Source of the DNA: Myxococcota bacterium
GTDB taxonomy: Bacteria > Myxococcota_A > UBA796 > SXON01
Assembly (NCBI GenBank): GCA_040386535.1
Contig: JAZKFH010000037.1
Coordinates: 74,430-138,429 of the forward strand
Direction: 5' to 3'
Length of the DNA stretch: 64,000 nt
Made by a program: the position numbers and the translations under genes. Position 1 is the first letter of the stretch. Every line of letters starts with the position of its first letter. Below the pieces are notes generated by a model. It saw only the letters and a list, made by a program, of their open reading frames with translations, was not told where the DNA came from and ran no database searches. Below, in pieces: positions 18,019 to 27,077 of this stretch.

Positions 18019-20072
18019 GCGTCGTCACTTTCTACTCGTTCAAGGGCGGCGTGGGCCGAACGCAGGCCGTGGCGAACACTGCCGCGGAGCTCTGCAAGCG
18101 CGGTCAGCGCGTGATCATCGTCGACATGGATCTGGAGTCGCCCGGTGTCCACGCCTACTTCGGCAGCGACGAGGCGCACGCCACCGCCCCCGGCCTCCTC
18201 GACTACCTCGACGCATGGCGAACCGGCGACCAGCCGCCAAACGTGGACGACTACCTCGTCGACGTGAAGGCGGGCGCCGCCAGCATCCGCGTGATGGGGC
18301 CGGGGCGCCTGGACGGCACCTACGCGCGACGCATCGCCGCCTTGTCGTGGGAGCGCTTCTACAGCGAGGAAGACGGCGACCTCGTGATGGAGCGCCTGCG
18401 CGAGGAGCTGCTTCGCCGCGCGGACACCGTGCTCCTCGACAGCCGCACGGGCATGACCGACATCGGCACCATCTGCACGTTCCACCTCCCCGACGTGGTC
18501 GTTGCGCTCTTCGCGCTGCACGGCCAAGGCATCGACGGCACCGCGCTCATCGCCAAGGCGCTCGCCGGGCGCATGGGCGAGAAGGAATCGCGTCTCGAGC
18601 GTGTCCTCCTGGTGCCATCGCGCGTCGAGGAGGCTGACGGCACCCTCGTGACGGAGTGGATCGGGCGTGCTCGCAAGGCGTTCGAGGGCTTGCCTCCCAA
18701 CATCGGCTTGCTCGCCGCGCCGGACGGGACCACGTTCCGGATTCCCTACGATCGGGACGTGGCCTATGGGGAGCACGTTGTGGTCGACACGGCGAGCGAG
18801 GGGAAGTTGGCAGGGGCGTATCGGTTCTTGGTGGGGCGGTTGGTTGGGGAGCCTGCCGTTCTGGTTGACGACGAGGCGGATCAGTGGGAGGCGGAGGCGC
18901 TCCGCTTGGCGCGCTCGGGACGCGTCGACCAAGCACAAGGGCTCATGCGGAAAGTGGTAGCTCGTCGGCGGGAAGGGGCGGAAGACGAGGAGCGGCGGGC
19001 CACGTTGGCGCGGAGCCTGCGGACCCTGGCCAACTTGTTGTCGGATGTCGGCCGGTATGCCGAAGCGATTGTGATCGGCCGTGAGGGCACGGAGCTCTGT
19101 CGCGCAATCGCGGGCGATGGCGATATCTGGATGCGGGCGGCCCTGGCGCGCGCCCTGGGCGATCTTTCTGTGGACCTGTCGCGCCTGGGACGGCGTGAGG
19201 AGGCACTCGTTGCCGCCTTAGAGGTCAGTGAGCATTTTCGGGGCTTAGCGATAGTCAGCCAAGAGCATTTTGAGTCCGACCTAACTATGAGCTTAGACAA
19301 CCTGTCGAATGTTCTCGCTGAAGTCGGTGACTATCAGCGAGCATTGGCGGCTAGCGTGGAAGCTCTGGAGCGTCATCGCGGGCTCGCCCGGAAGGATCCT
19401 GTCCACCTGGAGAGCCTCGCGACGAGCCTGAGCAACATTTCCATTCGCTTCTCGCAGCTGAACGACTCGGAGCGCGCTCTGAGCGCGATTCAGGAGTCGA
19501 TCGAGGTGCTTCGGGTGGTCGCGGCGAAGGAACCAAATCTGTTCCGTTACCAGTTGGCGACCAGTCTCAATATCTTGTCGACCCATCTGGGTCGAGCGGG
19601 ACTTCGCGCCGAAGCCCTCGCGTCGGTCGAGGAATGCTTAACGTACTATCGGACTCTCGCTCATGAATTTCCGGATGTTCACGGGCGCGATCTTGCTGGT
19701 GCGCTAAATAATTTCGCGGGTTTACTGGCCGGCTTGGGCCGGTCTCAGGCGGCCCTCGCCGCCATGGAAGAGTCCATCGAAAGGCTGCGCGCGCAAACAG
19801 GAGAGCTACGGGACGCCTGCCAGCCCGACCTCGTACGCACGCTTGCGAACTACGCGGCGCTGCTAAGCAGACTAAACCGCCACGACGATGCGCGGTCCGC
19901 GGTAGAGGAGTCACTATTCCTCCTCCGCCCACTTTACGCACAGCTACCAGCGGCCTTCGCGTCGCAGGTCTCATACGCCGTCAACGCCTACCTCACCGCC
20001 TGCACCGCCCTCAACCGCCCCCCCGACGAAACCCTCCTCGCCGGCCTCCCCCGCCCGCCGCTCAAAAGTTGA
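18015..20072 (+). CDS. ParA/MinD-like 'KGGVGR' ATPase fused to about 7 TPR repeats
   Basis: ATG 18015; TFYSFKGGVGRT, VDMDLESPG, LLDSRTG, IPY; C-terminal roughly 45-aa repeats LAxSLxNLxxxLxxLGRxxEALxAxEE. Confidence 0.85.
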   Translation: MSVVTFYSFKGGVGRTQAVANTAAELCKRGQRVIIVDMDLESPGVHAYFGSDEAHATAPGLLDYLDAWRTGDQPPNVDDYLVDVKAGAASIRVMGPGRLDGTYARRIAALSWERFYSEEDGDLVMERLREELLRRADTVLLDSRTGMTDIGTICTFHLPDVVVALFALHGQGIDGTALIAKALAGRMGEKESRLERVLLVPSRVEEADGTLVTEWIGRARKAFEGLPPNIGLLAAPDGTTFRIPYDRDVAYGEHVVVDTASEGKLAGAYRFLVGRLVGEPAVLVDDEADQWEAEALRLARSGRVDQAQGLMRKVVARRREGAEDEERRATLARSLRTLANLLSDVGRYAEAIVIGREGTELCRAIAGDGDIWMRAALARALGDLSVDLSRLGRREEALVAALEVSEHFRGLAIVSQEHFESDLTMSLDNLSNVLAEVGDYQRALAASVEALERHRGLARKDPVHLESLATSLSNISIRFSQLNDSERALSAIQESIEVLRVVAAKEPNLFRYQLATSLNILSTHLGRAGLRAEALASVEECLTYYRTLAHEFPDVHGRDLAGALNNFAGLLAGLGRSQAALAAMEESIERLRAQTGELRDACQPDLVRTLANYAALLSRLNRHDDARSAVEESLFLLRPLYAQLPAAFASQVSYAVNAYLTACTALNRPPDETLLAGLPRPPLKS

Positions 20073-21555
20073 TCATCACCCCGATCCCAACATCCACCAC
20101 CGGCGGCTTCACCGAGATCGCATCCTCCGTCACCCCGAGGATCGGCGGCACGTCCAAGCCGAAGCGGAGCTCCCCGATCTCGCCGTAGTGGCCCGCCACG
20201 TACGCGTTGATCGAGAGGAACGTGAGCGCGCGCACGCTGTAGTCGAGGCGCGACGTGTAGCTCTGGTCTGACAGGTTTCCGATGGTCGACACCGTGAAGC
20301 TGTGGTCGTCCCACTCGCCGGGGCCGGGGATGTACACGTAGGCGCCGGCGTAGTGGCGGCCCAGGTAGAAGGGGGTGTAGGCGTCGTTGAAGACCAGCCA
20401 GGGGTAGAGCGAGGCGTCGTCGTAGCCGGCGTCGTTGTAGAAGTACTCGGCGCCGATGGTGATGCTGTCCTCGTCGTTGTAGCGAATCGGGAACTCGACG
20501 CCCGCGACCACCTGGGGAACCCACTCGTCCTCGCGGGTGTAGGACTCGGGGGTCTCGATCGTGAGGAAGCTGGCGGCGCCGTCGGCATCGAGGGGGCCCC
20601 AGTCGAAGGTGCCCCGGTAGAATTGGGTGTCCAGGCCGTTGCTGATCGCGGCCTCGGCCTTCAGATCGAAGATCCAAACCGCGGTCGACACCTGGGCGCC
20701 GAGGCGCGTGGGGCGGTCCTTGCCGACGCTGCCCGACACCGCCACTTCGGTGAGCCCCACGACCTGCTCCAGCCGCCACGCGCCGCCCACCTGGTCGATG
20801 GCGTCGGCGCCCTCGATGTCGGCGAAGGCGTAGAGGTTGGTGCCGGTCTTCTCGAAGGGGATGTGCACCTTCACGAGGCCGACGCCCGTGCGCTCGTCGA
20901 AGAAGGCGAGGGGATCGAGGCGGGAGGGCTGAAGAAAATCCGTCGGGTTCCAGAAGCGCCCGGCGCCCCACTTCACGCGCTGGCGGCCCACGGTGACGAA
21001 CACCTTGCGCCCAACGTCGAAGTTGATCCACATCTGGTCGAGCAGGACCTTGGTGGGCTCGACGGGCTCGCCCAACGCGGAGGTGTCACCCGCCTGGGTG
21101 GAGAGGTTCTGCGAGAGCCGGCCCTGGACGTAGCCGCGCACCCGCTCGTTGGGCCGCGCGTCGACGAACAGGTCGAGGAAGTTGGGGCTGGAGAGCGTCA
21201 CGTCCTCGGGCTCGGCCTCCTCGGGGATCGCGGCGTTGAGCCGCAGGTAGAGCCGCCCGCCGATGGTCACGCGCTGATCGAGCGCCGCGAGCGTGTCGAA
21301 GATGCCGCCCGCACGCGACACGTCCCCGCCGGACATCAGATCGGTGTCCCGATCGCCGGTGGTCGGGGCGACGTCGGAAGCGGGCGTGTCGGGCGAGGGC
21401 GCGGGTCGCTCCGAGGGGGCACCAAAAATGTCATCGTCACGGTCTTCGGGCGGCGCCTCGGGCGGCGGATCCGCCGGTGCCTCCGCCGGAGGATCCGTCG
21501 GCGGCGCGTCCTCCGCGTACACCCAACTCGACAAGCCGAGTACGAGCGCGATCAT
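20062..21555 (-). CDS. Putative outer-membrane beta-barrel protein with acidic/Pro-rich N-terminal linker
   Basis: Signal peptide MIALVLGLSSWVYA; GRQRVKWGAGRFWNPTD motif; amphipathic strands; terminal Phe; ATGA-coupled to the upstream gene. Confidence 0.75.
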   Translation of the reverse strand: MIALVLGLSSWVYAEDAPPTDPPAEAPADPPPEAPPEDRDDDIFGAPSERPAPSPDTPASDVAPTTGDRDTDLMSGGDVSRAGGIFDTLAALDQRVTIGGRLYLRLNAAIPEEAEPEDVTLSSPNFLDLFVDARPNERVRGYVQGRLSQNLSTQAGDTSALGEPVEPTKVLLDQMWINFDVGRKVFVTVGRQRVKWGAGRFWNPTDFLQPSRLDPLAFFDERTGVGLVKVHIPFEKTGTNLYAFADIEGADAIDQVGGAWRLEQVVGLTEVAVSGSVGKDRPTRLGAQVSTAVWIFDLKAEAAISNGLDTQFYRGTFDWGPLDADGAASFLTIETPESYTREDEWVPQVVAGVEFPIRYNDEDSITIGAEYFYNDAGYDDASLYPWLVFNDAYTPFYLGRHYAGAYVYIPGPGEWDDHSFTVSTIGNLSDQSYTSRLDYSVRALTFLSINAYVAGHYGEIGELRFGLDVPPILGVTEDAISVKPPVVDVGIGVMINF

Positions 21556-22373
21556 CGGCTCTTGCTCTCGAGCCAGGCCTTGGTGAAGATGCTGTCGTCC
21601 AGGCTGTTCAAGTCCACGCTCTGCATCACGATGGTCGTCGTGTTGCCCTTCTCCACCTCGTCGAAGATGCGGATCTCCTTCGGGGTGTACACGTCCGCCT
21701 TCTTCGAGGGCGAGAACTGCTTGTTCCACTCGGGGTAGTAGGTCGTGCGCATGAGCCGGCCCGAGAGCGCGAAGTCCTGGCGCTTGAGGATGTTGGTCGT
21801 GCCCTGGTCCAACCACAGCTCGACCACCGGATAGGAGACGTCGAAGCCGGTGTTGGCGGTGAGCTTGAGGTGGTTCACCTTGTACTTGCCGAGGGTCTCC
21901 TCCGCGACGAACGTGGCGGTGTACTCCTCGGCCAGCCGCGACTCGTCGAAGTCGGCGCGTTGGGAGTCGGTCCCGCCGATGCGCTCCCGCTCGGTGCGGC
22001 GCTCCCACCGGCCCACGGAGGGGTCGTACATGAACAGGTTCTTGTCCACCCGCAGGTAGCCCTTGCCGGCCTCGCTCTGGGGCTTCAGGAACATGATGAC
22101 GAGCTTGTCCGTCTCGTCGCGGCGGTACACCACGGCCTGGTACACCAGATCCGACTTGTCCTTCTCCTTCTGCTCGATGTACACGAGCGACTTGTAGTCG
22201 CCGCTGTTGCGCTGCCGATCGTCGACCGTCTGGAGCATCTTCACGAGCTCGGCGGCGGCGGGCGCGGCGTGCGCCTCCGGGATGATCTCGGGGAGGACCG
22301 GCAGCGCGGCGAGCGTGCCCGCGGTGCCGACCACGAACCAGGCGAGGAGAGCGAGCTTGGAGGGCATCTTCAT
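21552..22373 (-). CDS. Outer-membrane lipoprotein-sorting (LolA-like fold) protein
   Basis: Signal peptide; FLKPQSEAGKGYL, LFMYDP, IGGTD, SGRLMRT, LDDSIFTKAWLE motifs of the LolA-like family. Confidence 0.85.
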   Translation of the reverse strand: MKMPSKLALLAWFVVGTAGTLAALPVLPEIIPEAHAAPAAAELVKMLQTVDDRQRNSGDYKSLVYIEQKEKDKSDLVYQAVVYRRDETDKLVIMFLKPQSEAGKGYLRVDKNLFMYDPSVGRWERRTERERIGGTDSQRADFDESRLAEEYTATFVAEETLGKYKVNHLKLTANTGFDVSYPVVELWLDQGTTNILKRQDFALSGRLMRTTYYPEWNKQFSPSKKADVYTPKEIRIFDEVEKGNTTTIVMQSVDLNSLDDSIFTKAWLESKSR

Positions 22374-22398
22374 GGTTCACACTCTTCGGGGGAGGGGA

Positions 22399-23742
22399 TC
22401 ATTCGGCGTGGGCCAGGGCCTTGACCGGCTGCAGCTTCGAGGCGCGGATGGCCGGCCAGAGCGCCGAGAGGCTGGTGAAGACCGTCAGGAACAGGATGGC
22501 GGTGAGCAACGATTGGGGGTGCACGGCGAGGTGCAGCTCGTTGGAGAGCAGGATGGTCCGCACCGCGTCGGAGGGCACGGGGATGCGGGCGGCGTCGACT
22601 CCGAGGGCGATGCCCCCTCCCAACACCGCGCCGGCCACGGTGGCGCCGAGCCCGAGGAACAGCGACTCGAGCAGGAACAGGATCAGCACCTGCCGCTGCG
22701 ACATGCCGATGGCGCGCATGGTGCCGACCTCGCGGGTGCGCTCCCGCACGGCGTTCCACATCGCGTTCATGATGCCGACGGCGATGATGACGACGAGGAT
22801 GAGGGTGAGGAACCAGGTGACCGTGTCGAACGCGGTGAGCACCCAGGTGAGGAACGACACCTCGTCCTGCCACCAGGTGACATCCAACTTCTGGCCGGTC
22901 CAATCCTCACCCTGCACCGCCTCGAACTTGAAGAAGAACGGGTTGGACTCGTGGTCGCGGAGCTGGAAGCCCGCGTCGATCAAGGCGCCGCTCACGACCG
23001 ACATGGTCGCTTCCGACTTCTCGATGTCGTCGAGGTACACCCACAAGGCGCCGGTGGTGTCGCTGTTCAGTTGGTACAGATCGAGCACGAGCGACTTTGG
23101 AACGAACACCGAGAAGCTGGAGAGCAGTCCGAGGTCCCGCGCGATTGCGACCACCGTGGCGTCCGCCGTGTTGGACGCGCCGCTCATCGTCTCGGTCTTG
23201 ATGGTGACGACATCCCCCACGCCGACGCCCAGGCGCTTGGCCTGGCCGGCGAACAGCACGATCGTGTCGTCCTCCGCGAGGCGGCGCGCGTCGCCGAAGA
23301 TCTGCTCGCTTCCGCCTTCCTTGTACTCCTTCTCCTCCGCGAGCATCAGGCGCTCGAAGAAGCGGCCCTCGTCCGCGGCGATGAGCCCGGTGAGCCCGCT
23401 CTGCACGGCGCCGGTCTCGCTGACGATCTTGCCCCAGCCGCGGTGCCGCTCGACGATGTAGTCCAGGCCCGGGGTGCTCTTCTCCACCACCTCGCGCACC
23501 TTCGCCACACCCGTGACGATGGGGAACGCGGTGCCGGTGGTGGGCTTCCAGAACCCGGCCACGTTGACATGCCCGGCTGACATGGTCGTGGCCGAGTTGA
23601 TCAGGTTCTCGTTGATGCCGCGCGAGAGCGACATCAGCAGCACGAGGAACGTGGTGACGAGCCCGATGGCGAGCGAGAGGAGCGCCGTGCGGCGGCGCGA
23701 CTGGAACAGGTTCCGGAGCGCGATCGAGAAGAGGACGCCCAT
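22399..23742 (-). CDS. ABC transporter permease (FtsX/MacB/LolE-like)
   Basis: ATG 23742, IALRNLFQSRRRT; GIMNAMWNAVRERTREVGTMRAIGM; PAIRASKLQPVKAL. Confidence 0.9.
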   Translation of the reverse strand: MGVLFSIALRNLFQSRRRTALLSLAIGLVTTFLVLLMSLSRGINENLINSATTMSAGHVNVAGFWKPTTGTAFPIVTGVAKVREVVEKSTPGLDYIVERHRGWGKIVSETGAVQSGLTGLIAADEGRFFERLMLAEEKEYKEGGSEQIFGDARRLAEDDTIVLFAGQAKRLGVGVGDVVTIKTETMSGASNTADATVVAIARDLGLLSSFSVFVPKSLVLDLYQLNSDTTGALWVYLDDIEKSEATMSVVSGALIDAGFQLRDHESNPFFFKFEAVQGEDWTGQKLDVTWWQDEVSFLTWVLTAFDTVTWFLTLILVVIIAVGIMNAMWNAVRERTREVGTMRAIGMSQRQVLILFLLESLFLGLGATVAGAVLGGGIALGVDAARIPVPSDAVRTILLSNELHLAVHPQSLLTAILFLTVFTSLSALWPAIRASKLQPVKALAHAE

Positions 23743-23744
23743 GG

Positions 23745-25838
23745 TTACTCCTTGGCCTGCATGGCGACGACCGGCGGAACCCGCGCGGCGAGCACCGAGG
23801 GGTACAACGTGGAGAGCGCGCTGATCGCGAGGATGCTGACCATCCCGAAGGCGATGTTGGTCGCGGTGAACACCGGATAGAGGCGCGGCCCCGCGAAGAG
23901 CAGGACCAGGGCGTCCGCCACGGCGGGCACGCCGACATGGTTGAGCCAGGTGATGAACAGGGCGCCGGCCCCCGCGCCGAGGCCGCCGGCGATGGCGCCG
24001 AGCAGCATGGTCTCGACGAGGAACAACAGGATGACGAAGCCGCGCTGTGCCCCGATGGCGCGCATGGTGCCGATCTCGGTGGTGCGCTCCATCGTCGCCA
24101 TCACCATGGTGTTGTTGATGATGACCAGGGCGACCAGGAAGATGATGAAGATGGCGGTGTAGAGCACCACCTGGAGCACCATCACCAGCTGACCGACGAT
24201 GCCGGACGCGCTCTGCCAATCCACCGCCTGCACGGCTAGCCCCTTGTCCTTGGCGCTCGCCGTGATCTTCTCGATCATGGCGGGCACGTCGTCCGGGTTG
24301 TCCAGGATGACGGCGGCGGTGAGCGCGAGGCCGTCCTCCATCTGGGCGGTGGTGTAGGTCGTGGTGTCCAGCGTGCCCGCGGTGGCCGCGGCGCCGAGCT
24401 GCACGCCGGCGAACTCGTCGAAGCCCGCGCCCGCGGTGGTGGTCTCCGCCTCGAGCGAGCCGCCGCCGCCGAACAGCGCGTCCTCCGCGTTGTCACGGGT
24501 GACACTCTTGACGCCCGACGAGGCCTTGATGTCGGCGAGCTCGTTCAGTTGGTCGTCCGTCATCTTCCCGTAGAGGGAGCGGAACGTGAGCATGTCGACG
24601 AGGTTGTTGGCGCCGGCCAGGTCGCTGGTCTCCAGGCCGGAGAACTCGAAGGTGCCGTACACCTTGACGTTCACGGCGCGGATGTAGCCGCTCTTGGTGA
24701 ACGACCGGAGGGTCACCTCCTCGCCGATGGGGATCTCGTACAGGCGCACCCGCGGCGCGATCTCCTGGTAGAACCAGGTGTACCGGTCGGCGAAGGTGCT
24801 GTCGTCCATCTTGAGGAAGGATTGGAGGAGCACCGCGAGGTCGGGCTCGGTGGAGCCGAGCTTGGCCCGCAACAGATCCGCCACGATCGTGGCGTCCTTC
24901 GGGGAGAGCTGGAATTGGATCCGTTGGTACTGGGTGGCCGTGCGGGCGACCAACTCGGACACCACCGCGTCGGTCGCGATGGTCTTGCCCTGGTCCAGCG
25001 CCTTCTTCACCTTGTCGAGCTCGCGCGCGACGAAGTTCTTGGCCTGCTTCTCGTAGAACGCCTTCGAGAGCAGCACCCCGCGCTGTCCGGGGGGGACGAG
25101 CTGGCCGTCCACGAGGCGGAAGCGGTCGAAGTTCTGGGGGAAGGTGTCGAGGTTGGTGCCGATGGTGCGCAGGTAGAGCATCCGGCCGTCGGCCGCGATG
25201 GGCGCCACCTTGTTGTCCAACCAATCGAGCGTGCCGACCGGGTCGGCGGCGAGCGCCTCGGCGAAGCCGGGGGCGGTCACGCGGTCGAGCGCGTCGAGGT
25301 TGGCCTGCGCCTTCTCCGGCTCCGCGGTGGTCGTGGCGGCCATCGCCACGTCCTTGCGCATGCGCCCGGCGATCTGCACGAGCTGCTGGGTGCGCATGCG
25401 CGTCCCGTCGGCGTCGCCGTCTCGCGTCGCGTTGCGCAGATCGCCGAGGACGCGGTCGATCTCCGTGCCGCCGAACACGGTAGCGGTGGCGATGCCCATC
25501 GGGGTCACCGACTTGACGCCGTCGATGTCCATGAGCGCCTGGCGCAAGGGCTTGAACTCGTCGATCTCCCCGTAGTCGGGCGTGCTCATGCCCATGCTGC
25601 CGAACAGGGCGAGGGGGTCCTCCGCCTCGGAGGAGTACACCTGGATGTTCCCCGACAGGCTGGACGTGATGCTCTTCTCCATCGAGCCACGGATGCTGTC
25701 GAGCATCGACGTGCCACTCACGACGAGGAAGGTGCCGAAGAACATGATCAGGCCGACCACGCCGGACTTGACGCGGTGAACCACGAGGTTGCGGAGCGCC
25801 ATCCGCAACAGGACGCCGAGCGCGGCCGCCCCGTTCAT
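23745..25838 (-). CDS. ABC transporter permease (FtsX/MacB/LolE-like) with enlarged periplasmic domain
   Basis: ATG 25838, MALRNL; IINNTMVMATMERTTEIGTMRAIGA; YPSVLAARVPPVVAM; about 700 aa. Confidence 0.9.
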   Translation of the reverse strand: MNGAAALGVLLRMALRNLVVHRVKSGVVGLIMFFGTFLVVSGTSMLDSIRGSMEKSITSSLSGNIQVYSSEAEDPLALFGSMGMSTPDYGEIDEFKPLRQALMDIDGVKSVTPMGIATATVFGGTEIDRVLGDLRNATRDGDADGTRMRTQQLVQIAGRMRKDVAMAATTTAEPEKAQANLDALDRVTAPGFAEALAADPVGTLDWLDNKVAPIAADGRMLYLRTIGTNLDTFPQNFDRFRLVDGQLVPPGQRGVLLSKAFYEKQAKNFVARELDKVKKALDQGKTIATDAVVSELVARTATQYQRIQFQLSPKDATIVADLLRAKLGSTEPDLAVLLQSFLKMDDSTFADRYTWFYQEIAPRVRLYEIPIGEEVTLRSFTKSGYIRAVNVKVYGTFEFSGLETSDLAGANNLVDMLTFRSLYGKMTDDQLNELADIKASSGVKSVTRDNAEDALFGGGGSLEAETTTAGAGFDEFAGVQLGAAATAGTLDTTTYTTAQMEDGLALTAAVILDNPDDVPAMIEKITASAKDKGLAVQAVDWQSASGIVGQLVMVLQVVLYTAIFIIFLVALVIINNTMVMATMERTTEIGTMRAIGAQRGFVILLFLVETMLLGAIAGGLGAGAGALFITWLNHVGVPAVADALVLLFAGPRLYPVFTATNIAFGMVSILAISALSTLYPSVLAARVPPVVAMQAKE

Positions 25839-26587
25839 GCGTGCACCCCGCCCCCGCCATCCGGCGACGACCCCTCGGGCAGCGCCGCGCCGCGCGACGC
25901 GGAGAGCCCCGCGGCGTCGAGCATCCCGTCGAGGATGCGCACCACGCGGTCGGCGCGGCTCATCACCTTCTCGTCGTGGGTGGAGAAGATGAACGTGGTG
26001 TGGTCGGTGCGGTTGATCTCCCGCATCAGCTCGATGATCTGGTTGCCGGTCACCGAGTCGAGGTTGGCCGTCGGCTCGTCGGCGAGGACGATCGCGGGCC
26101 GGGTGACGAGCGCGCGGGCGATCGCGACGCGCTGGCGCTGACCGCCGGAGAGCTCGTTCGGCCGCTGGCCGGCGAACTGGCGCAGGCCGACCTTCTCGAT
26201 CACGTCGTCCACGCGGGCGGTGCGCTCGGCCTTGCTCAGGCCGCCCTGCAGGAGCAGGGGGAACTCGACGTTCTGCTTGATGTCGAGCACGTTGATCAGG
26301 TTGAAGCTTTGGAAGATGAACCCGATGCTGTTCAGCCGCAGGGCGGTGAGCTGCTTGTCGGTGAGGCTGCCGGTCGACTTGTTGTCGACCCACACCTCGC
26401 CCGCCGTCGCCACGTCGATGCACCCGATGAGGTTCAGGAGCGTGGTCTTGCCGCTGCCGGAGGGCCCGGCGATGACGGTGAACTCGCCCTTGTCGATCGT
26501 CAGGTTGACCTTGCGCAACGCGTGCACGGTGACCTTCCCGAGCGGGTAGTCCTTCACGACGTCGACGATACGAACGATCCCGCTCAT
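25835..26587 (-). CDS. ABC transporter ATP-binding protein (LolD/MacB-like)
   Basis: ATG 26587; GPSGSGKT, IGFIFQSFNL, LSGGQRQRVAIARAL, DEPTANLD, STHD. Confidence 0.95.
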   Translation of the reverse strand: MSGIVRIVDVVKDYPLGKVTVHALRKVNLTIDKGEFTVIAGPSGSGKTTLLNLIGCIDVATAGEVWVDNKSTGSLTDKQLTALRLNSIGFIFQSFNLINVLDIKQNVEFPLLLQGGLSKAERTARVDDVIEKVGLRQFAGQRPNELSGGQRQRVAIARALVTRPAIVLADEPTANLDSVTGNQIIELMREINRTDHTTFIFSTHDEKVMSRADRVVRILDGMLDAAGLSASRGAALPEGSSPDGGGGVHA

Positions 26588-27051
26588 GACGAGCCTCCGG
26601 TCTTCAATTGGGTGATCACTTGTTCGAAGGCGTCGGCCAGCCGTGCCCGTGTCTCCGGGTCGACCTTGCCGAACGCCACCTGCAATTCGTGCGCGCGTTG
26701 CTCCGCCATCTGGTCGAGCATCTCGAGCGCGGCGGGAGTGACCTCGAGCTGGCGCTGACGCCGATCGTCCGCGTTCTCCCGCCGGGTGACCCAGCCCTTC
26801 TCGACCAGCCGCTCGACGAGGTGGCTCGTGGCGCTGGCGGACAGACGCAGATCGTCCATGAGGCGAAGCGTCGAGAACGGCCCCTCGTAGCGGAGAACCT
26901 GCAGCGCCACCATCTGCGGGAGGGTGAGCTGATGCGTGTTCATCATCTCGAGCGTGCCCGCGCCCGCGGCCTTGTTGATGAGGCCCATGAGCTGGTGCAG
27001 CATCCCGCCGAGGCGGGCGATCTCGTGTTCGTGCGTGTGCGGCGAGGACAT
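26584..27051 (-). CDS. MarR family transcriptional regulator
   Basis: LTLPQMVAL, SASATSHLVERLVEKGWVTR, DDRR; ATGA-coupled to the ATPase gene. Confidence 0.93.
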   Translation of the reverse strand: MSSPHTHEHEIARLGGMLHQLMGLINKAAGAGTLEMMNTHQLTLPQMVALQVLRYEGPFSTLRLMDDLRLSASATSHLVERLVEKGWVTRRENADDRRQRQLEVTPAALEMLDQMAEQRAHELQVAFGKVDPETRARLADAFEQVITQLKTGGSS

Positions 27052-27077
27052 GGAGCCTGGGACTATCCGATAGGCAG

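Noticed and set aside
15768..20072. Island as a prophage, IS or integrative element
   Set aside because: No integrase, transposase, tRNA target or flanking direct repeats were found; kept only as a variable cassette.
25835..26587. Assigning lolD/lolC/lolE/lolA symbols to the ABC operon
   Set aside because: Family resemblance only; the MarR and OM-barrel context argues against the core Lol pathway.
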